NCBI GenBank assembly: GCA_965221955.1
Contig: CBDCTA010000014.1
Location: 1-64,000 of the forward strand
Direction: 5' to 3'
Length of the DNA stretch: 64,000 nucleotides
Source: Gammaproteobacteria bacterium
Lineage (GTDB): Bacteria; Pseudomonadota; Gammaproteobacteria; UBA4575
The position numbers and the translations under genes are program-made. A model generated the notes under the pieces. That model worked only from the letters and a program-made list of their open reading frames with translations. It was not told the DNA's origin and ran no database searches. This document shows positions 8,430 to 18,699 of this stretch, one piece after another. Every line of letters starts with the position of its first letter. Position 1 is the stretch's first letter.

Positions 8430-8590
8430 TACAACATCCTTGTTGTAGCTCTTATTCGTACTTCCATGTACTCACTAATTGGCCGACAGAAATTTGCTCC
8501 TCGGCAACTGCTCCTGCGTTACTCTACCTCCCGCATCCTTGCAGCCGTGCAATTTCTGCACTTCCGCCATCCATGGTGGTCGAAGCAAAC
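8430..8590. repeat. Structured intergenic element with nested inverted repeats (REP/MITE-like)
   Basis: TACAAC-ATCCTT-GTTGTA, CAGAAATT...AATTTCTG, CGCCATCCATGGTG; recurring CATCC(A/T)TG-like loops. Confidence 0.5.
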
Positions 8591-8597
8591 ATTTAAA

Positions 8598-9026
8598 TTA
8601 AGTACGAACCAATTTCGTTTTCGAAGCGATGTCGTGCCAAGTTCGGTGTTGTTTGTCCCATAAGCTCCAAAGAAAGCCGAGTCCTAGTGCAAGCCAGGAA
8701 AGTGTTGCTACGGAGTAGCGAATCAGTGCAGTGCTCCAACTTATCTCTGAATCATCATCGTTTACTAATTGTATTTTCCATGTGCGCATGCCCAATGTCT
8801 GTCCGTTATGGGTCCAAAACCAAGCAAAGAAAATAAATGCAACAACAAAGATATACGCTTGATATAAAAAGAAAAAAGGATTTTCAGGTTTAAGGTTAAA
8901 GGGAACGACTACTAAGAAAGATGCAATGAATAGAACCGTAATTAACAAAAAGAAATCATACAAAATTGCACCAAAGCGCCTTAATAAAGAAACATGTTGA
9001 ATATTAGATGTGGATGTAGATTTCAT
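8598..9026 (-). CDS. RDD family membrane protein
   Basis: RRFGAILYD, GQTLGMRTWKI, WHDIASKT. Confidence 0.93.
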   Translation of the reverse strand: MKSTSTSNIQHVSLLRRFGAILYDFFLLITVLFIASFLVVVPFNLKPENPFFFLYQAYIFVVAFIFFAWFWTHNGQTLGMRTWKIQLVNDDDSEISWSTALIRYSVATLSWLALGLGFLWSLWDKQHRTWHDIASKTKLVRT

Positions 9027-9117
9027 TGTGGTTTTTAATAACGATGTAAAAGTTGATTTTATTATGTGAAATTCATAAACTTAAACTTTATGAGGTTAAT
9101 AATCCGATTTCAATTAC

Positions 9118-10035
9118 ATGAGTGATACCTCATTTACATTACCATCTGATCAACCCGTAATCGAAGCATTTTTAGATACGCTTTGGGTTGAACACGGTTT
9201 AAGTGAAAACACATTATCCGCGTATCGAAACGATTTGCTTGGGCTTTCTAAGTGGCTGTCCAAGATGACGGTCAATATTACTGAGGCACGTCGGGATCAT
9301 TTATTAGATTATTTATCCTATCGAGTGCAACAAGGCAGTATGCCGCGCACTTCGGCAAGATTGTTATCCAGTATTCGTCGTTTTTATCGTTATTTAGTGC
9401 GCCAGGGTGCAGTGCAAAAAGATCCGTCTGCACAAATCGAGTTTCCAAAACTTGGACGTCCTTTGCCCGAAACGTTAACCGAAGAAGAGGTTGAGCGTCT
9501 GCTTGCTGCACCGAATACTAATAAGGCACAAGGTGTACGTGATCGAGCCATGTTAGAAGTGCTCTATGCATGCGGGTTGCGAGTTAGTGAGTTGATTGGT
9601 TTAACCTTAAGTCAGGTTAATTTAAATCACGGCGTGATTCGTGTAATTGGAAAAGGTAACAAAGAACGCTTGATTCCATTTGGAGAACAGGCCAACGAGT
9701 GGATTTCTAAGTTTATAAATGAAGCGCGTGCAGATTTATTAAAAAATAATCGCCAATGTGATGCGTTGTTCATCACCAATCGTGGTGCTGCAATGACAAG
9801 GCAAGCATTTTGGCATTTGATAAAAAAGCACTCTAAGAATGTAGGGATTACTAAACACCTCTCACCACACACGCTGAGACATGCATTTGCAACACATTTA
9901 TTGAATCATGGAGCTGATTTGCGCGTGGTGCAGATGTTATTAGGGCATAGTGATTTGTCTACCACCCAGATCTATACGCACGTCGCGCAGGCTAGATTGC
10001 AGGAATTACACCGACAGCACCATCCCAGAGGATAG
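9118..10035 (+). CDS. xerD: Site-specific tyrosine recombinase XerD
   Basis: RDRAMLEVLYACGLRVSEL, GKGNKERLIP, HTLRHAFATHLLNHGADLRVVQMLLGHSDLSTTQIYTH; dsbC downstream. Confidence 0.95.
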   Translation: MSDTSFTLPSDQPVIEAFLDTLWVEHGLSENTLSAYRNDLLGLSKWLSKMTVNITEARRDHLLDYLSYRVQQGSMPRTSARLLSSIRRFYRYLVRQGAVQKDPSAQIEFPKLGRPLPETLTEEEVERLLAAPNTNKAQGVRDRAMLEVLYACGLRVSELIGLTLSQVNLNHGVIRVIGKGNKERLIPFGEQANEWISKFINEARADLLKNNRQCDALFITNRGAAMTRQAFWHLIKKHSKNVGITKHLSPHTLRHAFATHLLNHGADLRVVQMLLGHSDLSTTQIYTHVAQARLQELHRQHHPRG

Positions 10036-10196
10036 ATATAACTTAGCTAAATCTGTGTCTGGGCGGCTATTTTGGCCATTCTAAAGGCTGAAATTATTCT
10101 TCTCGATTCGGGTCCTATATAGTACGGCTGTAATCGGCCTACGATAATCTAAAAATCCATAATATTTATTTCATATTAAATAGGGAATTAACAGTA

Positions 10197-10928
10197 ATGT
10201 ATAAGTTGATCATTTCTTTCGTACTCGTTTTATTTTGCACACAAGTTGCCTACGCGGATCAGGCAGAACATGTTGCAAATATTATGGAGCGTTTAGAAAA
10301 GCTAGCGCCGCAAGAGAAACCAGATTCAGTAAAACCTACAGCTGTAGCTGGTTTGTATGAAGTGGTATTTGGTTCGGAGATTTTTTATGTTTCCTCTGAT
10401 GGTCGATATGTTTTACAAGGAGCGCTGTTAGATTTGGATACCAATGAAAACATGACTGAGACCACAAAAGCTTCATTGCGTAAAACTGCGATGAGTCAGC
10501 TAAAAGAGTCTGAAATGATTGTGTTTTCTCCTGAAAAGCCTCGTCATACACTTACAGTGTTTACCGATATTGATTGCGGTTACTGTAGAAAATTACACGC
10601 AGAAATGGATCAGCTAAATAGTTATGGTGTGAAAATTCGTTATATGATGTTTCCACGTAGTGGGCCCAACACCCCATCTTTCCAAAAGGCCGTAAATGTT
10701 TGGTGTGCTAAAGATCAACAAGTATCAATGACCAAAGCGAAGGCGGGCGAAAGTGTTCCTCAAGCGAACTGTGATAATCCTATCGCATCTCAATTTAATG
10801 TCGGGCAACAATTAGGTGTTACTGGGACACCTGCATTGTTACTTGATGATGGGACTTTAATTCCTGGTTATCGTCCGGCGAAAGATTTGGCTGCGATGTT
10901 GGATGAACAAGCTAAGAAGACTAATTAA
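10197..10928 (+). CDS. dsbC: Thiol:disulfide isomerase DsbC
   Basis: Signal peptide, VFTDIDCGYC, GVTGTP. Confidence 0.93.
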   Translation: MYKLIISFVLVLFCTQVAYADQAEHVANIMERLEKLAPQEKPDSVKPTAVAGLYEVVFGSEIFYVSSDGRYVLQGALLDLDTNENMTETTKASLRKTAMSQLKESEMIVFSPEKPRHTLTVFTDIDCGYCRKLHAEMDQLNSYGVKIRYMMFPRSGPNTPSFQKAVNVWCAKDQQVSMTKAKAGESVPQANCDNPIASQFNVGQQLGVTGTPALLLDDGTLIPGYRPAKDLAAMLDEQAKKTN

Positions 10929-13900
10929 TTAACTCTTCCTCTGAAAAATCATACTGTGCTGGAATCGACGTAAATAAGATCGAAGCTCGTATTGCTTTCT
11001 CAGGATAAAGTTTCGTTACGGCATTACGATAAGTGTTGATCTGATTTAGATATTGTTTAGCATGTTCTTGCATAGTCTCAATAGCCACATCGCTCGTGGT
11101 TTTATAGTCAATGACCCAAGCGGTCGAATCTGTAATGATCAGTAGATCGATGATGCGATAAAAAACGTTGTCTTTGTTGGTGAAGCTGATAGGTATTTCT
11201 TTTAAAATTTCTTTTCCAGGAGCTTCAGAAAATAACTCGTGTAGCTTGGGGGTTTCCAAACAATTTTTAACCTCATCAAGAGCGCGATCAAATTCTTGTG
11301 ATGTTGTTGTGGTGCCCAGTGCGGTATCTACTACAAATTTTAATTCCTCATAATCTTGATTCTGGAAGTGCTTTTGTTCCGCGAGCTCTAGAATCTTATG
11401 TACTAGCGTTCCATAATCTGCTTGCTGCTCATCTATTGCAGCAAGTTGTTCAGTGGAAGGGTTTGTTACATCCGTTATAGGGAAGGGTAGGCTTAGATCG
11501 AAGTTTAGATCTAATTCTGGAGGCCCTTCTGTACTAGTTTGATTATTTGGTTTTTTTGCTGCTGTGGGAGTGCCAAAACTAAACTCTAATGGCTCACCGT
11601 CGTCTGCTTTCTCAAACGCATCTTGAATGATAGAGTGCCATGAAAATGTATTGTGTTTCGATGCAGTGCCGCTGACAAATAAATATTGTTTGGCGCGTGT
11701 AAGCGCTACATAAAGCAAATTAAGTTCTTCAAGATAATCCTTATTTATTTGGTGCTTAATAATGGCTTGTGTATCTTTATCTATGTCATCTTTACGTCCC
11801 AATATGAAGAACTGCTCGGGCTGTTGTGCGCTTGGTGGCCAATTAATAATGGATTGATAAGTACGCGGTTTGCTTTTTTGTGGACCAGTGTCGATTAAAA
11901 ATACTACCGGTGCTTCCAAGCCTTTTGCTGAATGAATCGTCATGATTTGTACAGCGTTTTCACTCTGTTGTGGTTTATTGCTTGACAGTGAACTACTGGC
12001 ATTTGGATTTTGTAAAGCTTGTAGAAACGATTGAATGCTTGAGTATCTGCCTGCATCTAAATCTAAACTCAGTTGTAATAAAGAGGTTAAATTTTCCAAT
12101 ACCTGTATTTTTAACTCCTCAGAGCCTTCATTGCTGATGCAATGAGAATAACGAGTGAGTAGATTCGTTTGAAAATAGATTTGATCTAGTAGGTCATGAA
12201 CCGGTAATGAATTTGCAATTTTTCTCCAGCTTTCTAATTGTTCAACTGCTTGTCTTGCAATGGAGTTATTGGCTTGCTTGGAATAGGTTTCAAGCTTTTC
12301 ATGCCACGTAGGTTCTTTCTGCATAGCTATTTGCATCATTTTTTCATCACTGATGGCATACAATGGTGAGCGTAATACTTGTGCTAGTGCTAAATCATTA
12401 TGAGTCTGAACAAGATAAGTCAGCAGCGCCAAAATATCTTGAACCTCCAAAGACGATAAAAAATCTTTGTCATAAGTACTGTTATAGGGGATCCTTTGTT
12501 CTCGTAAGGCAAGCTCAAGCTGTGCAAGATGAGTGCGATTTCTGGCGAGGATCATAATGTCGCGATACTCAATAATACGCGCACCAGAATCATTGAGAAT
12601 ACTGGTTGTGCTGTTTACTAATCGAGTGATCTTTTTTGCAACTTGCTGACTTTCTATAAAGTGACAATCATATTCAATGTCTTGCTTGCCTTTGATCAGC
12701 GGATTGCGAAAAGAAGTTTGCTTGGCTTTGTCGTTGCCTAAGTCTTCTATAGAGATGAGCGGCTCAACATGCACTTCACCCCACAAATTAGACTGAATGG
12801 CACGATGCGGGTTGAAATTACTCAGTTCGATTTTTTCTTGAGAAAAAATTTGATTAACAAATTTTATAATTGCGGGTGATGAACGATAAGAGTCATCCGT
12901 TTCAAGCAAATCTGCATTCAGGTGTTGTTTGGCCCAATCGGCCGCGGTAAATTGCAGCTTTGAATTAGCGCGACGAAACCCGTATATGGATTGTTTGGCA
13001 TCACCTACAAAAAATAAACTTCTATGATTGTCGTGAGCGTCGATCGCGAGCTCATCAAGTAAAGGTAATAGTAACTTCCATTGTGTGGGATTTGTGTCTT
13101 GGAATTCGTCGATTAAAATATGTTGAATGCGTTGATCGAGTTTGTATTGTACCCATGCAGCACTTTCATGTTGATTGAGTAGTAGATAGGTATACCACTC
13201 TAAATCATCAAAATCTAAAGTATGTTGATTAAATTTGAGAGATTGATATTCGTCTAATAATAGCTTGCCTGCATAATACCAAGCTTGGTTAAACTCAAAT
13301 AGAGCTTGTTTCTTTGTGTAATCAATATATTCCAAGAGTTGTTCGCAAATAGTTTCGTGCAGTACAAGAAACTTATGCATTTTCTCGGTACCCAAACTTT
13401 TTTCTAACGCTTTGCCAGTTTTAAGTTGACGTTTTTCAAATTTTCTGGTTAAAAAAACGTAGAAAATGGTATTGAGATGCTGAATATCAGGTTGTTCTAG
13501 AAAACGAGACAGAGATTCACCATGACGCTGATTGGTTGCAGTTTGATGTAAAAATAGATATGAGGAATATTCTTGTGTTAGAGGTGTTATCGTTGTGATA
13601 AATGCTGCTTGATCAAAGGGTTTATTAAATAAGAGTTTGTGTAAGCATTTCTCTGCATATGCAGTAGGATCAGTTTGGTTTTCGGTAAAGCTCCACCAAT
13701 CGCTTCTGGAGTCTAAAAAGGTATCTAGGACTTGATGGAAATTATTGACACTATTGCAATGATCAAGCAGTTTGAATAATGTCTGGTTTAATTTTTCATG
13801 CTTTTCAGATTGCGCGAGTTTAAATAATCGTTTGCGCGCCTCCTGCTTGAGAGTCAATGTGTTTTCTGTAACTCGAAAGCCTGCAGGTACACCAGCATGA

Positions 13901-14307
13901 ATTGCGAAGCGTTTTAGAATATCCTGGCAAAATGCATGAAAAGTAGTAATCCGTATCTCATGTTCTGCAAATAATAATTCTTCATATAACTTCCTCGCTT
14001 TTGCTATGCTTGCGTTGTTATATGAATGTGAAAGATCTTTTAGTGTTGTCTCTAATTGTGAGTCATCTGCAGAAGCCCATTCAGCCAATACTTTCATCAA
14101 ACGTTCCTGCATTTCCGCAGCAGCTTTGCGAGTGAACGTAATGGCTAAAATATGTGCGGGTTCAACACCATTAAGTAAAAGTTTTAATATACGGTGAACA
14201 AGAAGATAGGTTTTGCCGCTGCCTGCCGAAGCAAATACCGCAATATTTGCATAAGGGTCTGTGGCGCGTTTAGTCTTATTAGTTTGTTCAATATTGGAGC
14301 CCGTCAT
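10921..14307 (-). CDS. UvrD-type helicase with C-terminal PD-(D/E)xK nuclease (AddA/RecB-like)
   Basis: ASAGSGKT, LAITFTRKAA, IDEFQD, VGDAKQSIYGFR, YVALTRA, IDLL...IDYKT. Confidence 0.88.
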   Translation of the reverse strand: MTGSNIEQTNKTKRATDPYANIAVFASAGSGKTYLLVHRILKLLLNGVEPAHILAITFTRKAAAEMQERLMKVLAEWASADDSQLETTLKDLSHSYNNASIAKARKLYEELLFAEHEIRITTFHAFCQDILKRFAIHAGVPAGFRVTENTLTLKQEARKRLFKLAQSEKHEKLNQTLFKLLDHCNSVNNFHQVLDTFLDSRSDWWSFTENQTDPTAYAEKCLHKLLFNKPFDQAAFITTITPLTQEYSSYLFLHQTATNQRHGESLSRFLEQPDIQHLNTIFYVFLTRKFEKRQLKTGKALEKSLGTEKMHKFLVLHETICEQLLEYIDYTKKQALFEFNQAWYYAGKLLLDEYQSLKFNQHTLDFDDLEWYTYLLLNQHESAAWVQYKLDQRIQHILIDEFQDTNPTQWKLLLPLLDELAIDAHDNHRSLFFVGDAKQSIYGFRRANSKLQFTAADWAKQHLNADLLETDDSYRSSPAIIKFVNQIFSQEKIELSNFNPHRAIQSNLWGEVHVEPLISIEDLGNDKAKQTSFRNPLIKGKQDIEYDCHFIESQQVAKKITRLVNSTTSILNDSGARIIEYRDIMILARNRTHLAQLELALREQRIPYNSTYDKDFLSSLEVQDILALLTYLVQTHNDLALAQVLRSPLYAISDEKMMQIAMQKEPTWHEKLETYSKQANNSIARQAVEQLESWRKIANSLPVHDLLDQIYFQTNLLTRYSHCISNEGSEELKIQVLENLTSLLQLSLDLDAGRYSSIQSFLQALQNPNASSSLSSNKPQQSENAVQIMTIHSAKGLEAPVVFLIDTGPQKSKPRTYQSIINWPPSAQQPEQFFILGRKDDIDKDTQAIIKHQINKDYLEELNLLYVALTRAKQYLFVSGTASKHNTFSWHSIIQDAFEKADDGEPLEFSFGTPTAAKKPNNQTSTEGPPELDLNFDLSLPFPITDVTNPSTEQLAAIDEQQADYGTLVHKILELAEQKHFQNQDYEELKFVVDTALGTTTTSQEFDRALDEVKNCLETPKLHELFSEAPGKEILKEIPISFTNKDNVFYRIIDLLIITDSTAWVIDYKTTSDVAIETMQEHAKQYLNQINTYRNAVTKLYPEKAIRASILFTSIPAQYDFSEEELIN

Positions 14308-14385
14308 GCAGTTAGCATACTGACGTGATGGGATTCCTACAATTACTATATTTATAAATCAAAAATTGAAATTTAAAGGAAGTAA

Positions 14386-16272
14386 ATGGTAGGTAAATAC
14401 GACGCTTCTGATATTGAAGTATTGAGCGGGTTAGACCCAGTCCGCAAGCGACCTGGTATGTACACTGATGTGACGCGCCCTAACCATTTGGCGCATGAGG
14501 TGATCGACAACAGTGTCGATGAAGCAATTTCGGGGCATGCAAAATCTATCGACGTAAAACTTTATAAAGATGGTTCGCTAGAGGTTGCAGATGATGGCCG
14601 TGGCATGCCAGTAGATAAACATCCTAAGTTAAAACTACCTGGCGTCGAAGTTATCCTCAGCACTTTGCACGCAGGCGGTAAATTTTCGAATAAAAATTAT
14701 TCTTTTTCGGGTGGTTTGCATGGCGTAGGGGTTTCGGTGGTCAATGCTTTATCAAAAAATCTTGAGATTTGGGTGCGTCGCGGTGGTAAAGAATACAACA
14801 TGGCCTTTAAAGGCGGTAAGAAAAGTTCCAAGCTTGAAGTTGTGGGGAGTGTGGGACAAAGAAATACTGGTACGACAATACGTTTTTGGCCAGATGCAAA
14901 GTATTTTGAAAGCGATAAATTTTCGGTTCCAAAATTGCTGCACACCATGCGGGCCAAAGCCATTTTATGTCCTGGATTAAAAATTACTTTTGATGATCAG
15001 CAAAATAAGAAAAAGCACGAATGGTATTTTGAAGATGGCTTAAAAGATTATTTGTTGGAATCCGTAGAAGGTATTGAACATATTCCACAAGATTCATTTT
15101 GTGAGCATTTTGAAGGTGAACAAGAAACGGTTGAATGGGCCATTACCTGGTTGTTGGAAGAAGGTGAGGGTTTAAAAGAAAGTTATGTCAATCTTGTACC
15201 AACTGCGCAAGGGGGCACACATGTTTCAGGCTTGCGTACTGGACTTACCGAAGCTTTGCGAGAGTTTTGTGAGTTTCGAAAACTTTTACCACGCGGTGTA
15301 AAACTTACACCTGAAGATGTTTGGGAAAGACTGTGCTATGTACTATCCGTCAAAATTAAAGACCCTCAATTTGCTGGGCAAACAAAGGAACGTTTAAGTT
15401 CGCGCGAAACAGCAGTGTTTGTTGCGGGAGTTGCTAAAGATTCATTTGGTCATTGGCTGAATCAAAATGCTGAGTCTGGGGAACAAATTGCTCAACTGGC
15501 GATTAGTAATGCTGAATCACGTTTGCGTAAAAGCAAAAAAGTGGTACGTAAAAAAATTGCCAGCGGTCCAGCTCTACCTGGAAAGCTTGCTGATTGTACT
15601 TCTGAAGATTTATCGCGCACCGAATTATTTTTAGTAGAAGGAGATTCTGCAGGTGGCTCAGCAAAGCAAGCACGCGATCGTGTGTATCAAGCCATTATGC
15701 CGTTGCGAGGGAAGATATTAAACACTTGGGAGGTAGCTTCGGAGCAAGTGTTAGGTTCACAAGAGGTGCACGATATATCGGTTGCGATTGGTATTGAGCC
15801 AGGCAGCTCTGATTTGTCTGGATTGCGCTATGGAAAAATCTGTGTGTTAGCCGATGCGGATTCAGATGGATTGCATATCGCGACCTTGCTGTGTGCATTG
15901 TTCTTACAACATTTTCGCGCTTTAGTTGAAGCAGGGCATGTGTATATGGCGATGCCACCTTTGTATCGTATCGATGTAGGCAAAGAAGTGTTCTATGCGT
16001 TGGATGATGAAGAACAACAGGGTGTGTTAGATCGTGTTAAGGCTGAAAAGAAAACTGGTAAGATAACCATTACGCGCTTCAAAGGTTTGGGTGAAATGAA
16101 TCCTATGCAGTTACGTGAATCGACAATGTCGGTGGATACCCGTCGCCTTGTACAGCTTTCATTAACAGATCAAAAGAAAACTGTTCAATTAATTGATATG
16201 TTGCTAGCAAAAAAACGTGCTGCGGATCGTAAGAAATGGCTGGAGAAAAAAGGAAACTTGGTGCGAGTATGA
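14386..16272 (+). CDS. parE: DNA topoisomerase IV subunit B
   Basis: GLDPVRKRPGMY, GGLHGVG, VEGDSAGGS, PLRGKILN, DADSDG; followed by parC. Confidence 0.96.
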   Translation: MVGKYDASDIEVLSGLDPVRKRPGMYTDVTRPNHLAHEVIDNSVDEAISGHAKSIDVKLYKDGSLEVADDGRGMPVDKHPKLKLPGVEVILSTLHAGGKFSNKNYSFSGGLHGVGVSVVNALSKNLEIWVRRGGKEYNMAFKGGKKSSKLEVVGSVGQRNTGTTIRFWPDAKYFESDKFSVPKLLHTMRAKAILCPGLKITFDDQQNKKKHEWYFEDGLKDYLLESVEGIEHIPQDSFCEHFEGEQETVEWAITWLLEEGEGLKESYVNLVPTAQGGTHVSGLRTGLTEALREFCEFRKLLPRGVKLTPEDVWERLCYVLSVKIKDPQFAGQTKERLSSRETAVFVAGVAKDSFGHWLNQNAESGEQIAQLAISNAESRLRKSKKVVRKKIASGPALPGKLADCTSEDLSRTELFLVEGDSAGGSAKQARDRVYQAIMPLRGKILNTWEVASEQVLGSQEVHDISVAIGIEPGSSDLSGLRYGKICVLADADSDGLHIATLLCALFLQHFRALVEAGHVYMAMPPLYRIDVGKEVFYALDDEEQQGVLDRVKAEKKTGKITITRFKGLGEMNPMQLRESTMSVDTRRLVQLSLTDQKKTVQLIDMLLAKKRAADRKKWLEKKGNLVRV

Positions 16273-16290
16273 AAATATTATGCGAGGTCA

Positions 16291-16327
16291 GGTTAGAGAA
16301 AAGGGAAACTTAGCTCGAGTGAACTAA
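16291..16327 (+). repeat. Degenerate direct duplicate of the parE 3' end
   Basis: GGTTAGAGAAAAGGGAAACTTAGCTCGAGTGAACTAA vs GGCTGGAGAAAAAAGGAAACTTGGTGCGAGTATGA at 16238-16272. Confidence 0.6.
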
Positions 16328-16339
16328 CTAGTATTTAAT

Positions 16340-18607
16340 ATGAGTGATAATTTAGAAATGGACTTTGAACAGTCCGAAAAACTACCTATTCAAGAATTTG
16401 CTGAAAAAGCATATTTGGAATATTCCATGTATGTGATTCTGGATCGTGCTTTGCCAAATATTGGTGATGGCTTGAAGCCTGTGCAGCGCAGGATAATTTA
16501 TTCCATGTCAGAACTTGGTTTGTCTGCAGCTTCGAAACATAAGAAGTCTGCACGTACAGTCGGTGATGTTATCGGAAAGTACCACCCACATGGTGACAGT
16601 GCTTGCTATGAAGCGATGGTGCTTATGGCGCAGTCTTTTTCGTATCGTTATCCATTGATTGATGGGCAAGGGAACTGGGGTTCAACGGACGATCCAAAAT
16701 CATTTGCTGCAATGCGTTATACCGAGTCGCGTTTAACTAAATATGCTAAAGCTTTATTGCAAGAGCTGGATCAGGGTACGACAGAATGGATTCCTAACTT
16801 TGATGGAACGTTATCGGAGCCATGTGTTTTACCTGCGCGTTTGCCGAATGTTTTGTTGAATGGAGGTATGGGTATCGCAGTAGGGATGTCTACTGATATT
16901 CCACCGCATAATTTAAATGAGGTTGTGAATGCTTGTGTGCATTTGCTTGATCACCCTAAAGCAACGGTTGCTGAGCTCTGTAAACATATAAAAGGGCCAG
17001 ATTATCCAACAGGTGCTGAAATTATTTCTGATCCGAAAGAAATCAAAGAAATCTATACAACAGGTACAGGCTCTGTACGCATGCGAGCAGTGTATCAAAA
17101 AGAAGATGCGGATATTGTAGTGACTGCGTTACCTCATCAAGTATCTGGTGCGAAAGTGTTAGAGCAAATTGCACAACAAATGCAGGCGAAAAAATTACCT
17201 ATGGTTCAAGATTTGCGTGACGAATCTGATCACGAAAACCCAATTCGCATCGTGATCACTCCGCGCAATAATCGCATCAATGTTGATGACTTAATGTCGC
17301 ATATTTTTGCTACCACTGATTTAGAAAAAAATTATCGTGCTAATTTAAATGTAATTGGTATCGATGGGCGTCCGCAGGTAAAAAATCTACGTGATCTGCT
17401 AAAAGAATGGTTAGAGTTTAGAAAAGACACTGTAAAGAAACGCTTGCAGTGGCGTTTAGATAAAGTGGCTAAACGTTTGCATGAATTAGACGGCTTGTTG
17501 ATTGCTTATTTAAACATTGATGAAGTGATTAAGATTATTCGCAATGAAGATGATCCTAAAGCTAAGTTAATGAAAAAATTCAAGCTTAGCGATGAGCAAG
17601 CTGAATATATTTTAAATTTAAGGTTACGCAATTTAGCAAAAATTGAAGAAATAAAAATAAAAACCGAGAAAAAAGAACTCGCAGCAGAACGAAAATCACT
17701 AGAACAAACACTAGGTTCAAATGCACGTTTGAAAACCTTAATTAAAAAAGAGCTTAAACAAGATGCTGAAGAGTTTGGAGACGAGCGTCGTTCTAAATTA
17801 GTAAAACGTGAAGCAGCAACGGCAATTGATGAATCCAAATTAGTGCCTTCAGAAGCCATTACAGTAGTGCTATCACAAAAAGGTTGGGTACGCGCAGCTA
17901 AGAGTAATGATGTGAATGCGCGTGAGTTGAATTATAAGTCTGGCGATGCGTATCAGGACCATGCTTATGGAAAATCAAACCAAAATGCATTGTTCATTGA
18001 TTCACGTGGTCGTTGTTATGCTTTGCCTGCGCACACACTACCTTCGGCGCGGGGCCAGGGTGAGCCTCTCAGTGGCAAACTAAAACCAGCTGATGGTGCG
18101 CAATTTGTAGGGGTAATGATGGGTGAACCTGCCGATTATTACTTGCTCTCTAGCAGTGCAGGTTATGGGTTTGTAGCTAAACTTGAAGATATGTTTACAC
18201 GTAATCGTGCGGGTAAAGCGATGTTATCAGTACCTAAAGGCGCACAAGCATTGCCACCTATACGGGTGCGTGATATTGAAGAAGACTGGATTATTTCCAT
18301 TGGTTCTGCAGGAAATATGCTGGTGATTCCATTGAATGAAATCCCAATATTGCCAAAAGGAAAGGGTAATAAAATCATTAATATTCCAAGCAAGAAAGTG
18401 GTCAGTGGCGAAGAATCCATGCGTGCGATTGCATTAGTGCAAGATGGAGAAACCATTACTATATATGCAGGTAAACGTACTAAGAAAATGAAGGGCGATG
18501 AGATTGACACTTTTGTAGGTGAGCGTGGTCAAAGAGGGTTGAAGCTTTCACAAGGGTATCGAAGTGTGGATGCAATTGAGGTACACATAGAAGAGGATGA
18601 GGAATAA
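16340..18607 (+). CDS. parC: DNA topoisomerase IV subunit A
   Basis: [33 protein letters not shown]. Confidence 0.96.
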   Translation: MSDNLEMDFEQSEKLPIQEFAEKAYLEYSMYVILDRALPNIGDGLKPVQRRIIYSMSELGLSAASKHKKSARTVGDVIGKYHPHGDSACYEAMVLMAQSFSYRYPLIDGQGNWGSTDDPKSFAAMRYTESRLTKYAKALLQELDQGTTEWIPNFDGTLSEPCVLPARLPNVLLNGGMGIAVGMSTDIPPHNLNEVVNACVHLLDHPKATVAELCKHIKGPDYPTGAEIISDPKEIKEIYTTGTGSVRMRAVYQKEDADIVVTALPHQVSGAKVLEQIAQQMQAKKLPMVQDLRDESDHENPIRIVITPRNNRINVDDLMSHIFATTDLEKNYRANLNVIGIDGRPQVKNLRDLLKEWLEFRKDTVKKRLQWRLDKVAKRLHELDGLLIAYLNIDEVIKIIRNEDDPKAKLMKKFKLSDEQAEYILNLRLRNLAKIEEIKIKTEKKELAAERKSLEQTLGSNARLKTLIKKELKQDAEEFGDERRSKLVKREAATAIDESKLVPSEAITVVLSQKGWVRAAKSNDVNARELNYKSGDAYQDHAYGKSNQNALFIDSRGRCYALPAHTLPSARGQGEPLSGKLKPADGAQFVGVMMGEPADYYLLSSSAGYGFVAKLEDMFTRNRAGKAMLSVPKGAQALPPIRVRDIEEDWIISIGSAGNMLVIPLNEIPILPKGKGNKIINIPSKKVVSGEESMRAIALVQDGETITIYAGKRTKKMKGDEIDTFVGERGQRGLKLSQGYRSVDAIEVHIEEDEE

Positions 18608-18699
18608 GGCGCTTGAATTTATTAAAGTTAGGCTCCATATATTGATAACATATATAAAGACTAAATTAGCATTATCTAAGAATTTTTGAGGACTGATGA

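Noticed and set aside
8466-8663. 65-aa ORF
   Set aside because: Reads through the structured repeat and overlaps the RDD 3' end on the opposite strand; likely spurious.
9118-10035. XerD as an integron integrase
   Set aside because: Canonical XerD motifs and size, no evident IntI-specific insertion, housekeeping xerD-dsbC context, and separated from the array by the RDD gene.
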